This document shows, one piece after another, positions 37,431-46,523 of a DNA stretch of 64,000 nt. The notes beneath the pieces are model-generated. The model was given only the letters and a program-made list of their open reading frames with translations. It had not been told where the DNA came from and did no database searches. Numbering within the stretch: position 1 is the stretch's first letter; the number at the start of each line of letters is the position of its first letter. Made by a program: the position numbers and the translations under genes. Source of the stretch: an uncultured Acidobacteriota bacterium (GTDB taxonomy: Bacteria; Acidobacteriota; Blastocatellia; Pyrinomonadales; Pyrinomonadaceae); the NCBI GenBank assembly GCA_963720905.1, contig CAVRHB010000007.1, positions 608,698 to 672,697 on the forward strand, given 5' to 3'.

Positions 37431-37751
37431 ATGTTTGATGAATTTGAAGAATTAGACGATTTTGACATCGACGAATTTGATGAAGAGTTTGACGAACTCG
37501 AAGAATTCGAAGATCTTGAGGTCAATGTGCGAACGGCAGTTCTACAAAAGAACAACATGGTCGCATTGCTTTGCTATAAAAGTGCCGCTCAGGGCGCTGC
37601 TATTTGCCGCGTCGATCCGCGCGAAACAAAACCTTCCGTTCAGATCTATGACGATCCGGCCGCCGCTCTCGAATGGTTTACAAAAAGCCTTCGTAGCAGC
37701 AGCGAGAACGGCTGGAACATAATTTACGACGGACTCCCGCTCCAAGGCTAA
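37431..37751 (+). CDS. Hypothetical protein with an extremely acidic N-terminal 30 residues.
   Basis: MFDEFEELDDFDIDEFDEEFDELEEFEDLE is followed by a globular-looking 75-aa region. I recognise no family. Confidence 0.5.
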   Translation: MFDEFEELDDFDIDEFDEEFDELEEFEDLEVNVRTAVLQKNNMVALLCYKSAAQGAAICRVDPRETKPSVQIYDDPAAALEWFTKSLRSSSENGWNIIYDGLPLQG

Positions 37752-37765
37752 ACGCAAAGATCCAG

Positions 37766-38503
37766 ATGCTTCTCGCCGTTGACATCGGAAATACTTCTGC
37801 CAAATTTGGCTTATTTGACGGCACCACACTTCTCGAAAAATTCACAATTCCAACCCAACGAAACGCCGACTCTTCGTTTTTTAAGAACGAGCTTGCACCG
37901 CGCCTTCATTTCCTCGATTCGGCTATTGTCTCTTCGGTAGTTCCGGAATTTGATGAGCCATTGTCGAAATTTTTGAACGGTGCGTTTGATGTTGAAACGA
38001 TCCGCGTTGACAGTACATTCGATCTCGGCATGACCATTCGCTACGAACCGTCAATGGCCGTCGGCACTGATCGCATCGTGGCAGCTTCGGCCGCCATGAA
38101 ATACGGAACGCCGGTGATCGTTTGTGATCTCGGAACCGCGACAACAATTGATGCTGTGGATCACGACAAAAAGTTCCTTGGAGGAACGATCATTCCGGGA
38201 ATGCTTACGATGGCTTCGTCGTTAAAACAAAAAACGTCGAAACTGCCGGATATTCAGATAGAGCGAACCGAAAACGTCATTGGCAACACGACCGAACTAT
38301 CGATCCGTTCTGGTATATTTTGGGGTTATATTGGCCTCGTAGAAGGATTGGTCGCGCGGATAAGAACCGAACTCGGCGGTTCACCAAAGGTCATTGCAAC
38401 CGGGGGTTTTTCAGAGATGATCGCCGCCGAGACCGACTGCATCGACATCGTCGAAACCGATCTTATCCTTCGCGGCCTCGCGGAGATCGCCACAAAACTT
38501 TAA
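37766..38503 (+). CDS. coaX: Type III pantothenate kinase.
   Basis: Contains MLLAVDIGNTSAKFGLF...VGTDRIV...VCDLGTATTID...GGTIIPG. Confidence 0.85.
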   Translation: MLLAVDIGNTSAKFGLFDGTTLLEKFTIPTQRNADSSFFKNELAPRLHFLDSAIVSSVVPEFDEPLSKFLNGAFDVETIRVDSTFDLGMTIRYEPSMAVGTDRIVAASAAMKYGTPVIVCDLGTATTIDAVDHDKKFLGGTIIPGMLTMASSLKQKTSKLPDIQIERTENVIGNTTELSIRSGIFWGYIGLVEGLVARIRTELGGSPKVIATGGFSEMIAAETDCIDIVETDLILRGLAEIATKL

Positions 38504-38504
38504 C

Positions 38505-40085
38505 CTATTCGTCGTCAGACAGGAATTTTGGTTCACGGCGTGCCTTCGTCATTTGTTCAAAGGCATACGCAAGTTTGATCAGCGTGCTTTCCGTAAACGC
38601 TTTCCCAAAAAAAGAAACGCCGATCGGGATCTCGCTGACAAAACCGGCCGGAACGGTAATACTCGGATAACCTGCGACCGCCGCAAGCTGCGAACTCGAA
38701 ACGTAACTTCCGCCGCTGTCGCCATTCAGATGATCGGTCAGCCAAACCGGCCCGTTCGAAGGAGCAAATATCGCATCCAAAGCGTGTTTCGCCACTATTG
38801 CGTCAATGCCATTGGTCTGCGAAGCGAGCTTCGCTTTTTTCAAAGCCTGTTGATATTCAGGCGTGGTGAGCGAACCGCGTTTTGCCGATTCTTCAAATAT
38901 CTCTTGCCCAAAGTACGGCATTTCGCGGGCACGATTGTCTTCGTTAAATTGGATCAGATCGTCGAGAGTCTTATGTTCAGCTTTCCTCGCCTTCAGATAT
39001 TTTTCAAGGTCAGCTTTGAATTCAAATTGCAGTATCCGGTTTTCGGCTCCGCCTAAACCCTTCAGGCTCGGGAATGTTACGTCTATAAGTTCCGCTCCGG
39101 CCGCCTTCATTCTCTCTAGGGCCGCATCGGTGATCTCATCGACAGCTTTGTTCGTTCCCCAATAATCGCGAGCAACACCGATCCTTGCTCCTTTCAATCC
39201 GTCGGGTTTTAGGAAGATCGTGTAATCCACTTTTTCACGTTTACCGTTGACGGTCGTCGCTTTGTCTTCCTTGTCCACGGCGTCGAGCACATTTAATAAA
39301 GCCGCCGCATCCGCAACTGTCCTCGTCATCGGTCCGGCCGTGTCCTGTGTATGCGAGATCGGAATGATACCGCTGCGCGAAACCAAACCGACCGTTGGTT
39401 TTAGACCGACAATTCCGCAAACAGACGACGGGCAAATGATCGAACCGTCTGTTTCCGTGCCGATGCCGATCGCCGCAAAATTCGATGAAACGGCCGCACC
39501 TGTTCCCGACGATGAACCGCACGGATTTCGGCTCAGAACATACGGATTATGCGTCTGTCCGCCGCGGCCGGACCATCCACTCGAAGAATTCGTAGAGCGA
39601 AAATTCGCCCATTCACTCAAATTGGTTTTTGCGAGAATTATCGCCCCTGCTTCGCGCAGTTGTTTGACGATCGCCGCGTCTTTTGCGGGCTTCGGTGCGT
39701 GAACGAGCGCAAGACTTCCGGCCGTCGTCAGCATCTTATCAGCGGTATCGATATTGTCTTTTATCACGACCGGAATGCCGTGCAGCGGTCCGCGAACTTT
39801 GCCCGCCTTGCGTTCTTTGTCGAGCGACTTTGCGATCTCCAGTGCATCCGGATTGATTTCGATGATCGAATTCACCGCTTTGTCGAATTCGGCAATGTTA
39901 TCGAGATAAGCCTTGGTGATCGATTCGGCAGTCATTTCGCCCGATCCCATTTTTTCCCGCAACGACGCAACTGTTTCTTCGCTAAGCCTTTGTGTTTTCC
40001 GCATTGTGTTGATGGCAGGCATTTTAACGGTCAAGAGCCCGACCGCTCCCAGCATTCCCGTTCCGACAAATTCGCGACGCTGCAT
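38505..40085 (-). CDS. Amidase-signature family amidase with a Tat-type signal.
   Basis: The N-terminus is MQRREFVGTGMLGAVGLL. Contains GIPVVIKDNIDT, the amidase signature around CGSSSGTGAAVS, and GTETDGSIICPS. Confidence 0.8.
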   Translation of the reverse strand: MQRREFVGTGMLGAVGLLTVKMPAINTMRKTQRLSEETVASLREKMGSGEMTAESITKAYLDNIAEFDKAVNSIIEINPDALEIAKSLDKERKAGKVRGPLHGIPVVIKDNIDTADKMLTTAGSLALVHAPKPAKDAAIVKQLREAGAIILAKTNLSEWANFRSTNSSSGWSGRGGQTHNPYVLSRNPCGSSSGTGAAVSSNFAAIGIGTETDGSIICPSSVCGIVGLKPTVGLVSRSGIIPISHTQDTAGPMTRTVADAAALLNVLDAVDKEDKATTVNGKREKVDYTIFLKPDGLKGARIGVARDYWGTNKAVDEITDAALERMKAAGAELIDVTFPSLKGLGGAENRILQFEFKADLEKYLKARKAEHKTLDDLIQFNEDNRAREMPYFGQEIFEESAKRGSLTTPEYQQALKKAKLASQTNGIDAIVAKHALDAIFAPSNGPVWLTDHLNGDSGGSYVSSSQLAAVAGYPSITVPAGFVSEIPIGVSFFGKAFTESTLIKLAYAFEQMTKARREPKFLSDDE

Positions 40086-40103
40086 ATCTGATCTCCTCTG
40101 ATG

Positions 40104-41617
40104 TCATCGTGAATAAAAGGCTGACAAATTTCGTAGCCGTTCTAATAATTTTTCGGTCAAAGCATCGGGCTTCATTCTCCACGCCCAATTCGAACCCATC
40201 GAAGCCGGCAAATTCATTCTTGCTTTATTATCGAGCCCGAGCACGTCTTGCGTAGGAATTATAGCGATATCCGCGACGGAAGCGAATGCCTCGCGGATCA
40301 TATCCCAATTTATCTCTTTGCCGTCCGTTCGCAAATATTCCAGGCAATGCGTATAAGCCGCATTCGGCGGCTGGCCGCGTTTCTTTTTCTTTATATTTTT
40401 GAACCAACCGACGACCGTGTCGTTGTCATGCGTGCCCGTGTAAACAACCGAGCTTTGGTCGTAATTGTGCGGCAGATGAAGATTTCCCGCATCGCCGCCG
40501 AACGCAAACTGCAGTATCCGCATTCCCGGAATGTTATTATCATCGCGAAGCCTTTCGATATTAAGTGTCATTTCACCGAGATCTTCAGCGATCAGCGGCA
40601 TTTCACCAAGCGCATTGTGTAACGCCGCGAATAATTCCTCGCCCGGAATCTCGACCCATTCGCCGTTCTCCGCCGTTTTATCCTCGCCGGGAACTTCCCA
40701 CGCGCGGCCAAGCCCGATAAAATGGTCGATTCGGACGATGTCGAACATCTTCAGATTAAACCTGATCCGCTCGGTCCACCAGTGAAATCCGTTGGCTCGC
40801 ATCTTGTCCCAATCGTAGATCGGATTTCCCCAAAGCTGGCCGGTTTTGCTGAAATAATCCGGCGGTACACCGGCGACGACCTTTGGCTTTCCGTCTTTAT
40901 TCAGCTTGAACAAACTTCTATTACACCAGACATCCGCGGAATCGAACGCAACATATATGGGCACATCCCCAATGATCGAAATGCCTTTTTCGTTTGCGTA
41001 AATATGAAGCTTTGACCATTGATCAAAGAAAGCGAATTGGTAAAATTTCTGGGCGAAGATCTGTTCGTCCAGCTCTCCGCGTGCTTTCGCCATCGCTTCC
41101 GTTTCGCGCGATCTGACATCTTCATTCCATTCGTGCCAACCCTTAAAATCGTGTGCATCGCGATACGCCTGAAAGAATGCATAGTCTTCGAGCCACCAAT
41201 AGTTTTCATCGCAAAACGCATGAAACTCTGCAGCGATACTGTCATCGTCCGTACTTTTGAATTTCTCAAAAGCCCGCCAAAGGAGCTTCTTTTTATGATC
41301 GATCGCCGAACCAAAATCCACTGTATCCGGCGGAAAGTCGGGCTTATCCGCCAGATCGCCGTCATCCAGAAACCCGCGTTCGGCTAACGAGTCCGGCGAT
41401 ATCAGATAAACATTTCCGGCAAAAGCCGAAAAACATCCGTATGGCGAGTTGCCGTAACCCGTTTGACCAAGCGGCAATATCTGCCAATATTTTTGTTCCT
41501 AGCTTCCTCCAATTTATCGACAAATTCAAACGCCGCCGGACCGAGATCGCCAATGCCGAATTGCGATGGCAGTGACGTAATATGATGAAGCAATCCTGAA
41601 CCGCGATTGAATTTCAT
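40104..41617 (-). pseudogene. malQ: 4-alpha-glucanotransferase (amylomaltase). The frame is interrupted near 41498-41503 as sequenced.
   Basis: The N-terminal ORF reads MKFNRGSGLLHHITSLPSQFGIGDLGPAAFEFVDKLEEA. The next frame resumes (E)QKYWQILPLGQTGYGNSPYGCFSAFAGN...RIDHF...GTHDNDT. Confidence 0.85.
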
Positions 41618-42702
41618 AGGTCTATATTCTCGTTTATCGTGAGTACCTTTACCTTGCTTTCGATTCCCGCTTCTCGAGCCTCTTCCATCAAATTTCTAAG
41701 AGGCATGCTCGGCGGCTCATCCGAAAGATCAAATCTGCCGAAATGCATCGGAACCATCGTCGTGGCTTTAGATTCCAGAAAAGCCTTTACAGCTTCAGCC
41801 GGCGAATTGTGGTTCGGTTCCATTATCCAACGCGGTTCAAAAGCTCCGATGCCGATCAGAAAATAGTCGATCTTCGGGAAAAGCTCAGCCGTTTCGCGAT
41901 AATGATCTCCATAGCCGCTGTCGCCGCCGAAATAGATCGTCGTACTTTCGCTTTGAATAATAAATCCGCCCCAGAGTCGATAATTCATATCGGACAGACC
42001 ACGACGCGACCAATGCCTAACCGGAACAAAATATATTTTCACATCACCGTCAGCCGCAAACTGCTCGTACCAGCCGGCCGTCACCGCTCGATGCCGATCG
42101 CCGATCCATTCGCTCAAAAGTTCGTCAGAACGAAGACCGGATAAAAATACTGCGTTCGGAAATTTTGCCGCGATCGCTTTGATCGTCGCTTCGTCCATAT
42201 GATCGCGATGATCGTGCGATATCAGAACATGGTCGACATTCGGTATCAGATCGAGCGGAGATTCGACTGCAATATATTCGGTGATAAGCGGCGGTTTGCC
42301 AAGAACCGGATCGACCAATAGTGATTTTCCACCGAGCCTTATAAGAAACGACGCGTGTCCGAGCCAAAGTATGCCATCGCGTCCGCTTTGCAAAAATTCT
42401 TTTGGGTCAAGAACTTTCAGCCGTGCGTCATCTTTTGCTTTTTCGTCGGCGAATTCGTTCGGCAATACAGTCCATTTAATCAGATCGAACGTCTTTGGAA
42501 GGTTCGGAAATTCCAAGTTCATAAAGCGTCCGCGCTGATCGACCGGCGTTCCCGGAAAATCCGGTTTTGCGAGCCGCGACCTATCGCCAAAAACGCGCTT
42601 TTCTTCGATGGTCGAATCCCAATCGCTCCAGATCACCGCCGCCGCTGCGAGCGAAACCAACGCTCCGGCCGCTATCCCAAACCTTTTCAACCATTTCCCC
42701 AT
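41614..42702 (-). CDS. MBL-fold metallo-hydrolase (NAPE-PLD-like).
   Basis: The N-terminus is MGKWLKRFGIAAGALVSLAAAAVIW (an alternative start is at 42732). Contains WLGHASFLIRLGGKSLLVDPVLG and ISHDHRDHMD (HxHxDH). Confidence 0.75.
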   Translation of the reverse strand: MGKWLKRFGIAAGALVSLAAAAVIWSDWDSTIEEKRVFGDRSRLAKPDFPGTPVDQRGRFMNLEFPNLPKTFDLIKWTVLPNEFADEKAKDDARLKVLDPKEFLQSGRDGILWLGHASFLIRLGGKSLLVDPVLGKPPLITEYIAVESPLDLIPNVDHVLISHDHRDHMDEATIKAIAAKFPNAVFLSGLRSDELLSEWIGDRHRAVTAGWYEQFAADGDVKIYFVPVRHWSRRGLSDMNYRLWGGFIIQSESTTIYFGGDSGYGDHYRETAELFPKIDYFLIGIGAFEPRWIMEPNHNSPAEAVKAFLESKATTMVPMHFGRFDLSDEPPSMPLRNLMEEAREAGIESKVKVLTINENIDL

Positions 42703-42755
42703 TGCTCTAACTATAAGATAAATGTCCGGCATCGTTAAACTTGCCGGCTTTAATA

Positions 42756-42761
42756 TATAAT
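42756..42761 (+). promoter_or_regulatory. Candidate -10 hexamer, positioned for a leaderless transcript of the helicase-fragment gene.
   Basis: TATAAT at 42756-42761 ends 7 nt before the ATG at 42769. There is no Shine-Dalgarno sequence in between, and only a weak -35 (GTTAAA, 42733-42738). Confidence 0.3.
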
Positions 42762-42768
42762 CTCAGCA

Positions 42769-44598
42769 ATGGATCCGAACCGCGCGGAAATTCCGCCGCA
42801 CAAATTAATATCAACTCTTCGAGGCTATAATTTGCTGCCGGCGATAATTTTTATGCCGACACGGCGAAAATGCGACGAGGCTGCGAGCGAGGTCGCTTTG
42901 GATAGATCACAGCGAACTGATCAAGATAAACTTGCTCAGCGACAGGCGATCTTTGATGACTTCGCTGTCGAAAATCCAGAAATACTGAAACATAAACACC
43001 GGAAGATATTGGTCAATGCCGGCGTCGGCTCTCACCACGCCGGACACATTCCGCCGTGGAAATTATTGATCGAAAAAATGATGTCGGCCGGTTTGCTGAA
43101 TGCGATATTTGCCACATCGACCGTCGCGGCCGGTGTTGATTTCCCTGCCCGAACAGCCGTTATTGTCAATGCCGACACCCGCGGAAACGAAGGCTGGCGG
43201 CCGCTTCGCGCAAGCGAATTACAGCAAATGACCGGTCGTGCCGGACGCCGCGGCAAAGATAAGGTCGGGTTTGTCGTGCTTGCTCCCGGACAGTTTCAAG
43301 ACCCGAAAAAGATAGCCGAATTACTAAAAGCACAACCCGATCCGCTCGAAAGCCGATTTCGTGCGACTTACACAAGCTTGCTAAATCTGCTCGATGCTTT
43401 TGGAAACTTCGACCAGATCCGCGAGATCGCCGAAAAAAGTTTTGCATTTCGAAAGACCGCGAAGACTATCGGTGACCTCCAACGCCGCCGGACTAACGAA
43501 ACTGCTCGCCTCGCCGAAGTGATCGCCAAAACTGAATATTCTATCGAAGACGTTCGCGGTTTTGAGAGGCTTGTTTCGGCACGAAATCGCCTGCACGAAG
43601 CGATTCCTGTTACGCGTGCGGAAATGCGCGATAAATGGCTTCGCGAAAATGCGGTTCCCGGCCGGATCGTCAGTCAAGGACGGAGCGGAAAGCGGCTTTA
43701 CATGGTCATCAATTCGCACAGCGGCAAAATTTCCGCGATGCGTGACGATGGCGGCGGAACGAGTTTTGAGCTGGCAAGAGTTAGCCGCATCTATAAAAAT
43801 ATTTACGCCTTAAAAGCCGATTCGATCGAGCAGGCTTTCTTCGACGTTTTCGAAAATAAAAATCCACCGCTGGCCGAACCGAAACTTTCATTCGAACGCG
43901 AAGGATCGGACGATGCTTCAAAAATGTTTGATGACTTGATCGAAAAATTTGGTCAATCGCAAAAAATTCTTTGGGAAACGCAGGCCGCTGCGGAAAAGCT
44001 TGAGAAGATCGACCGCGATATCGCTTTTCTAAAAGACGAGATCTGGCAGCCGTTCGAAGACCGTGCAAAAGTGCTAGATCATTTCGGCTATATTGATTTC
44101 GTCGCTCAGAAAGCGACCGAGAGTGGTAAATGGCTCGCCGATCTTCGCGTCGATCGACCGTTGCTTATTGGCGAAGCGCTTCGCTCGGGGATCTTTAACA
44201 ATATGACGCCAAAACTCGCTGCCGGTTTTATGGCCGCTTTAACGGCCGATGCCGACCGCAACTACGGCGAGATGCATCTATCCGATAAGCTCCTCGAAAC
44301 TATCGAGTTTTTCGATCAAACGATCCACGATGTTGCACAGGTCGAGAGAAAATACCACATCGATGCCGCCGAAGAAGTTAATTTCTCTGCCGCATCAGCA
44401 GCCGAACGTTGGGCCGGCGGAATGGCCTGGGACGACCTCGTAAAACGCTCCGGCGCCGAAGAAGGCGACCTCTTCCGCCTGCTCTCACGCACCGGCGAAG
44501 CTCTTATGCAGATAGCCCACCAAAAGGGCGACAACACCGCCGCCGCCCAAATCGCCCGCCAAGCCGCCGAATCCATCCTCCGCGAACCGGTGCGTTGA
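42769..44598 (+). CDS. Ski2/HelY-like helicase, C-terminal part only (RecA2 plus C-terminal domains). The N-terminal DEAD/RecA1 domain is absent.
   Basis: The ORF starts at LLPAIIFMPTRRKCDEAA (motif IV region). It contains GVGSHHAGHIPPWKLLIEKMMSAGLLNAIFATSTVAAGVDFPART (motif V) and QMTGRAGRRG (motif VI). The upstream 36 nt abut a divergent gene. Confidence 0.75.
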   Translation: MDPNRAEIPPHKLISTLRGYNLLPAIIFMPTRRKCDEAASEVALDRSQRTDQDKLAQRQAIFDDFAVENPEILKHKHRKILVNAGVGSHHAGHIPPWKLLIEKMMSAGLLNAIFATSTVAAGVDFPARTAVIVNADTRGNEGWRPLRASELQQMTGRAGRRGKDKVGFVVLAPGQFQDPKKIAELLKAQPDPLESRFRATYTSLLNLLDAFGNFDQIREIAEKSFAFRKTAKTIGDLQRRRTNETARLAEVIAKTEYSIEDVRGFERLVSARNRLHEAIPVTRAEMRDKWLRENAVPGRIVSQGRSGKRLYMVINSHSGKISAMRDDGGGTSFELARVSRIYKNIYALKADSIEQAFFDVFENKNPPLAEPKLSFEREGSDDASKMFDDLIEKFGQSQKILWETQAAAEKLEKIDRDIAFLKDEIWQPFEDRAKVLDHFGYIDFVAQKATESGKWLADLRVDRPLLIGEALRSGIFNNMTPKLAAGFMAALTADADRNYGEMHLSDKLLETIEFFDQTIHDVAQVERKYHIDAAEEVNFSAASAAERWAGGMAWDDLVKRSGAEEGDLFRLLSRTGEALMQIAHQKGDNTAAAQIARQAAESILREPVR

Positions 44599-44622
44599 CT
44601 CGCTTCGACTCACTTAGACAAT

Positions 44623-45391
44623 TCAAGCTGATCGCATGTTGAGTTCCTTGTGAAATTCGCGCGGTTGGGCCAGATAACCCACGAGCATTTCGCGGTCTTT
44701 CCTCCATCTGATCCATGCGAATTTGTCTCTCTCGGATTGGACCTTCAGCCAATCACCATCCACTTCGGCTACTTTCAGATCGATGGGCCCAGGATCATTG
44801 AATATTATTTCTTTGATCACTTTGCCCTCAGGACGATCCAATAATCTAACCGGACTGCAAGCCCATACTTGCGAGTTTGAAGAATAAAAAATTCCCAACT
44901 GACTTTTTCCCAAGTATTGTTGCTTTTGGTATATATTTTATCTCACGCGTTTTTTCGTTAACTTCTACTCGATACCAGTTCTCAGATTCACCGGTTATCC
45001 GCATTGCAGTCGCGTCGCTCGGACCATATCGAAATGGTTCGAATCCTATCTCTTTTGACAAACGGAATTCAACATCATTGGGACGTCCCCAGGGCAGGTC
45101 GAACCAAATCGTTCCGTCTTCGTTATATATATAATAAGTCGGATTTGAACCATATTTTTCATTCTTGCCAAAGTATAATGTTTCGCAACCGGGCTTTACC
45201 GCGATCAAATGTTTTTCCCATGAGTAGCACGAGGCTTGAGATCTACTCGTGGCGATTCCAGTCGCTGCCTGAAAACTCTCCTCGGCCGGAGGAGCTAATT
45301 TTTCTGAATCGATCGCTTTATTATCCTGAGCAATGCCAAACTTCGCACAGCAACAAAGCACTAAGAACATCAAATATATTACCTTTTTCAT
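44623..45391 (-). pseudogene. Secreted hypothetical protein (SH3-like repeats?). The frame is interrupted in the A6 run 44886-44891 as sequenced.
   Basis: An AGGAG RBS precedes MKKVIYLMFLVLCCCAKFGIAQ. The first ORF ends ...KKSVGNFLFF..*. The second frame resumes (F)YSSNSQVWACSPVRLLDRPEGKVIKEIIF...VAEVDGDWLKVQ. Confidence 0.5.
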
Positions 45392-45647
45392 CTTGCTCCT
45401 TTTTCCCATCATAGATCGCGACAATTCTTTAAACCGGATCAGATACTTACGAAAGTGTCTAAAACCTCTCGCAGAATTTCTTCTTTAGAACAGTTTATTC
45501 CGACGCTTTCCAGTAGAGTCGTTATAAACAAAAGCCGGGACAAAAGCTATCGGCAACTGGTAATTTGCCTGCCAAAAACTGAAGTGGGCGACTTATTCGC
45601 AGCGATTAACTATTATTTGATCAACCCGACGGTCCAGAAGATTCTCT

Positions 45648-46100
45648 TCAACATTCGTGACTCGAAATATCTCTTGCAATCGTTCGCAATAATTTATCGA
45701 TATCAGATAACGTCTCTGGGTTAGAGACATGTTTTTTAAGATCTTCGAGGAAATAAATACTGTTAGTCGGTTTTTTGTTTTCGGCCAATTCGATCATATC
45801 TATATCCATGAACGATTCTCGGATGATCGGTAGGTAGAGTTTTACATTCGAAAGTAGAAATAGATCTTTTCTCGGAAATACTTTAACTATACCGTCCGCG
45901 ACTCTGTCGCCGAGCATTCGATTGTCTTTCTCGGACCACGAGATATAAAGACTGTTCTTTTGCTGTTCAACAAGATTCGCCACGACTTTCACACATTCCT
46001 TATCGCAGACATCCGTTTTCTGGCCGTTGACAGCGATCGCCAAACCAACGCATATCAGAAGTATAAGACCAAGTAATATCGGTTTGTGCTTTTCTTTCAT
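45648..46100 (-). CDS. Hypothetical membrane-anchored or secreted protein.
   Basis: 150 aa. The N-terminus is MKEKHKPILLGLILLICVGLAIAVNGQ. I recognise no family. The overlapping 90-aa ORF 46000..46272 upstream may be a separate gene or a frame-shifted N-terminus. Confidence 0.45.
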   Translation of the reverse strand: MKEKHKPILLGLILLICVGLAIAVNGQKTDVCDKECVKVVANLVEQQKNSLYISWSEKDNRMLGDRVADGIVKVFPRKDLFLLSNVKLYLPIIRESFMDIDMIELAENKKPTNSIYFLEDLKKHVSNPETLSDIDKLLRTIARDISSHEC

Positions 46101-46373
46101 TGTCTATTTGTTGCCGGATGAGCTCGATCAGTTGGATTTGCAACCGAATCAATTTCGCGCCAATATTAGCATAGGTCTCCGCAATCGCTGAGTTTTTTGT
46201 CAAAGTCAGAACCGCCTGTGTCAGCGGAGTCGGTCGCACTTTGGACGACATAAAATTTCGACGTTGTTGCACAAATAAAACTATTTACTATACACGCAAG
46301 TTATGTTATATTTTGCTTGGGTCGATGTTCGCACCGACCAAGGAATAGGCGGGTTTTTGAAAATTTAGCGCGA

Positions 46374-46405
46374 GTGGGACACTGGGACAGCGGGACAGTG
46401 GGACA
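46374..46405 (+). repeat. Tandem octamer repeat, 4 x NNGGGACA.
   Basis: The units GTGGGACA CTGGGACA GCGGGACA GTGGGACA are contiguous. The array is intergenic, 119 nt upstream of ispH. Confidence 0.9.
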
Positions 46406-46420
46406 GATCGGAAGAAAAGG

Positions 46421-46436
46421 TGTTCTTCTGTTCTTC
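46421..46436 (+). repeat. Tandem octamer repeat, 2 x TGTTCTTC.
   Basis: TGTTCTTC TGTTCTTC lies 15 nt after the first array. GAAGAA (46411-46416) can pair with TTCTTC (46423-46428). Confidence 0.85.
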
Positions 46437-46523
46437 TGACATTATCGAATAATGATCCGCTATTTACCGTTTTACGGCGGATTTGATACGATTAGAGTTG
46501 GTAGAGTAGTTGGAAAATAAACG

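Noticed and set aside
46374-46436. Tandem repeats considered as a CRISPR or minisatellite array.
   Set aside because: The units are only 8 nt with no spacers and there are no cas genes. It is not a CRISPR array, and I kept it as a short tandem repeat finding instead.
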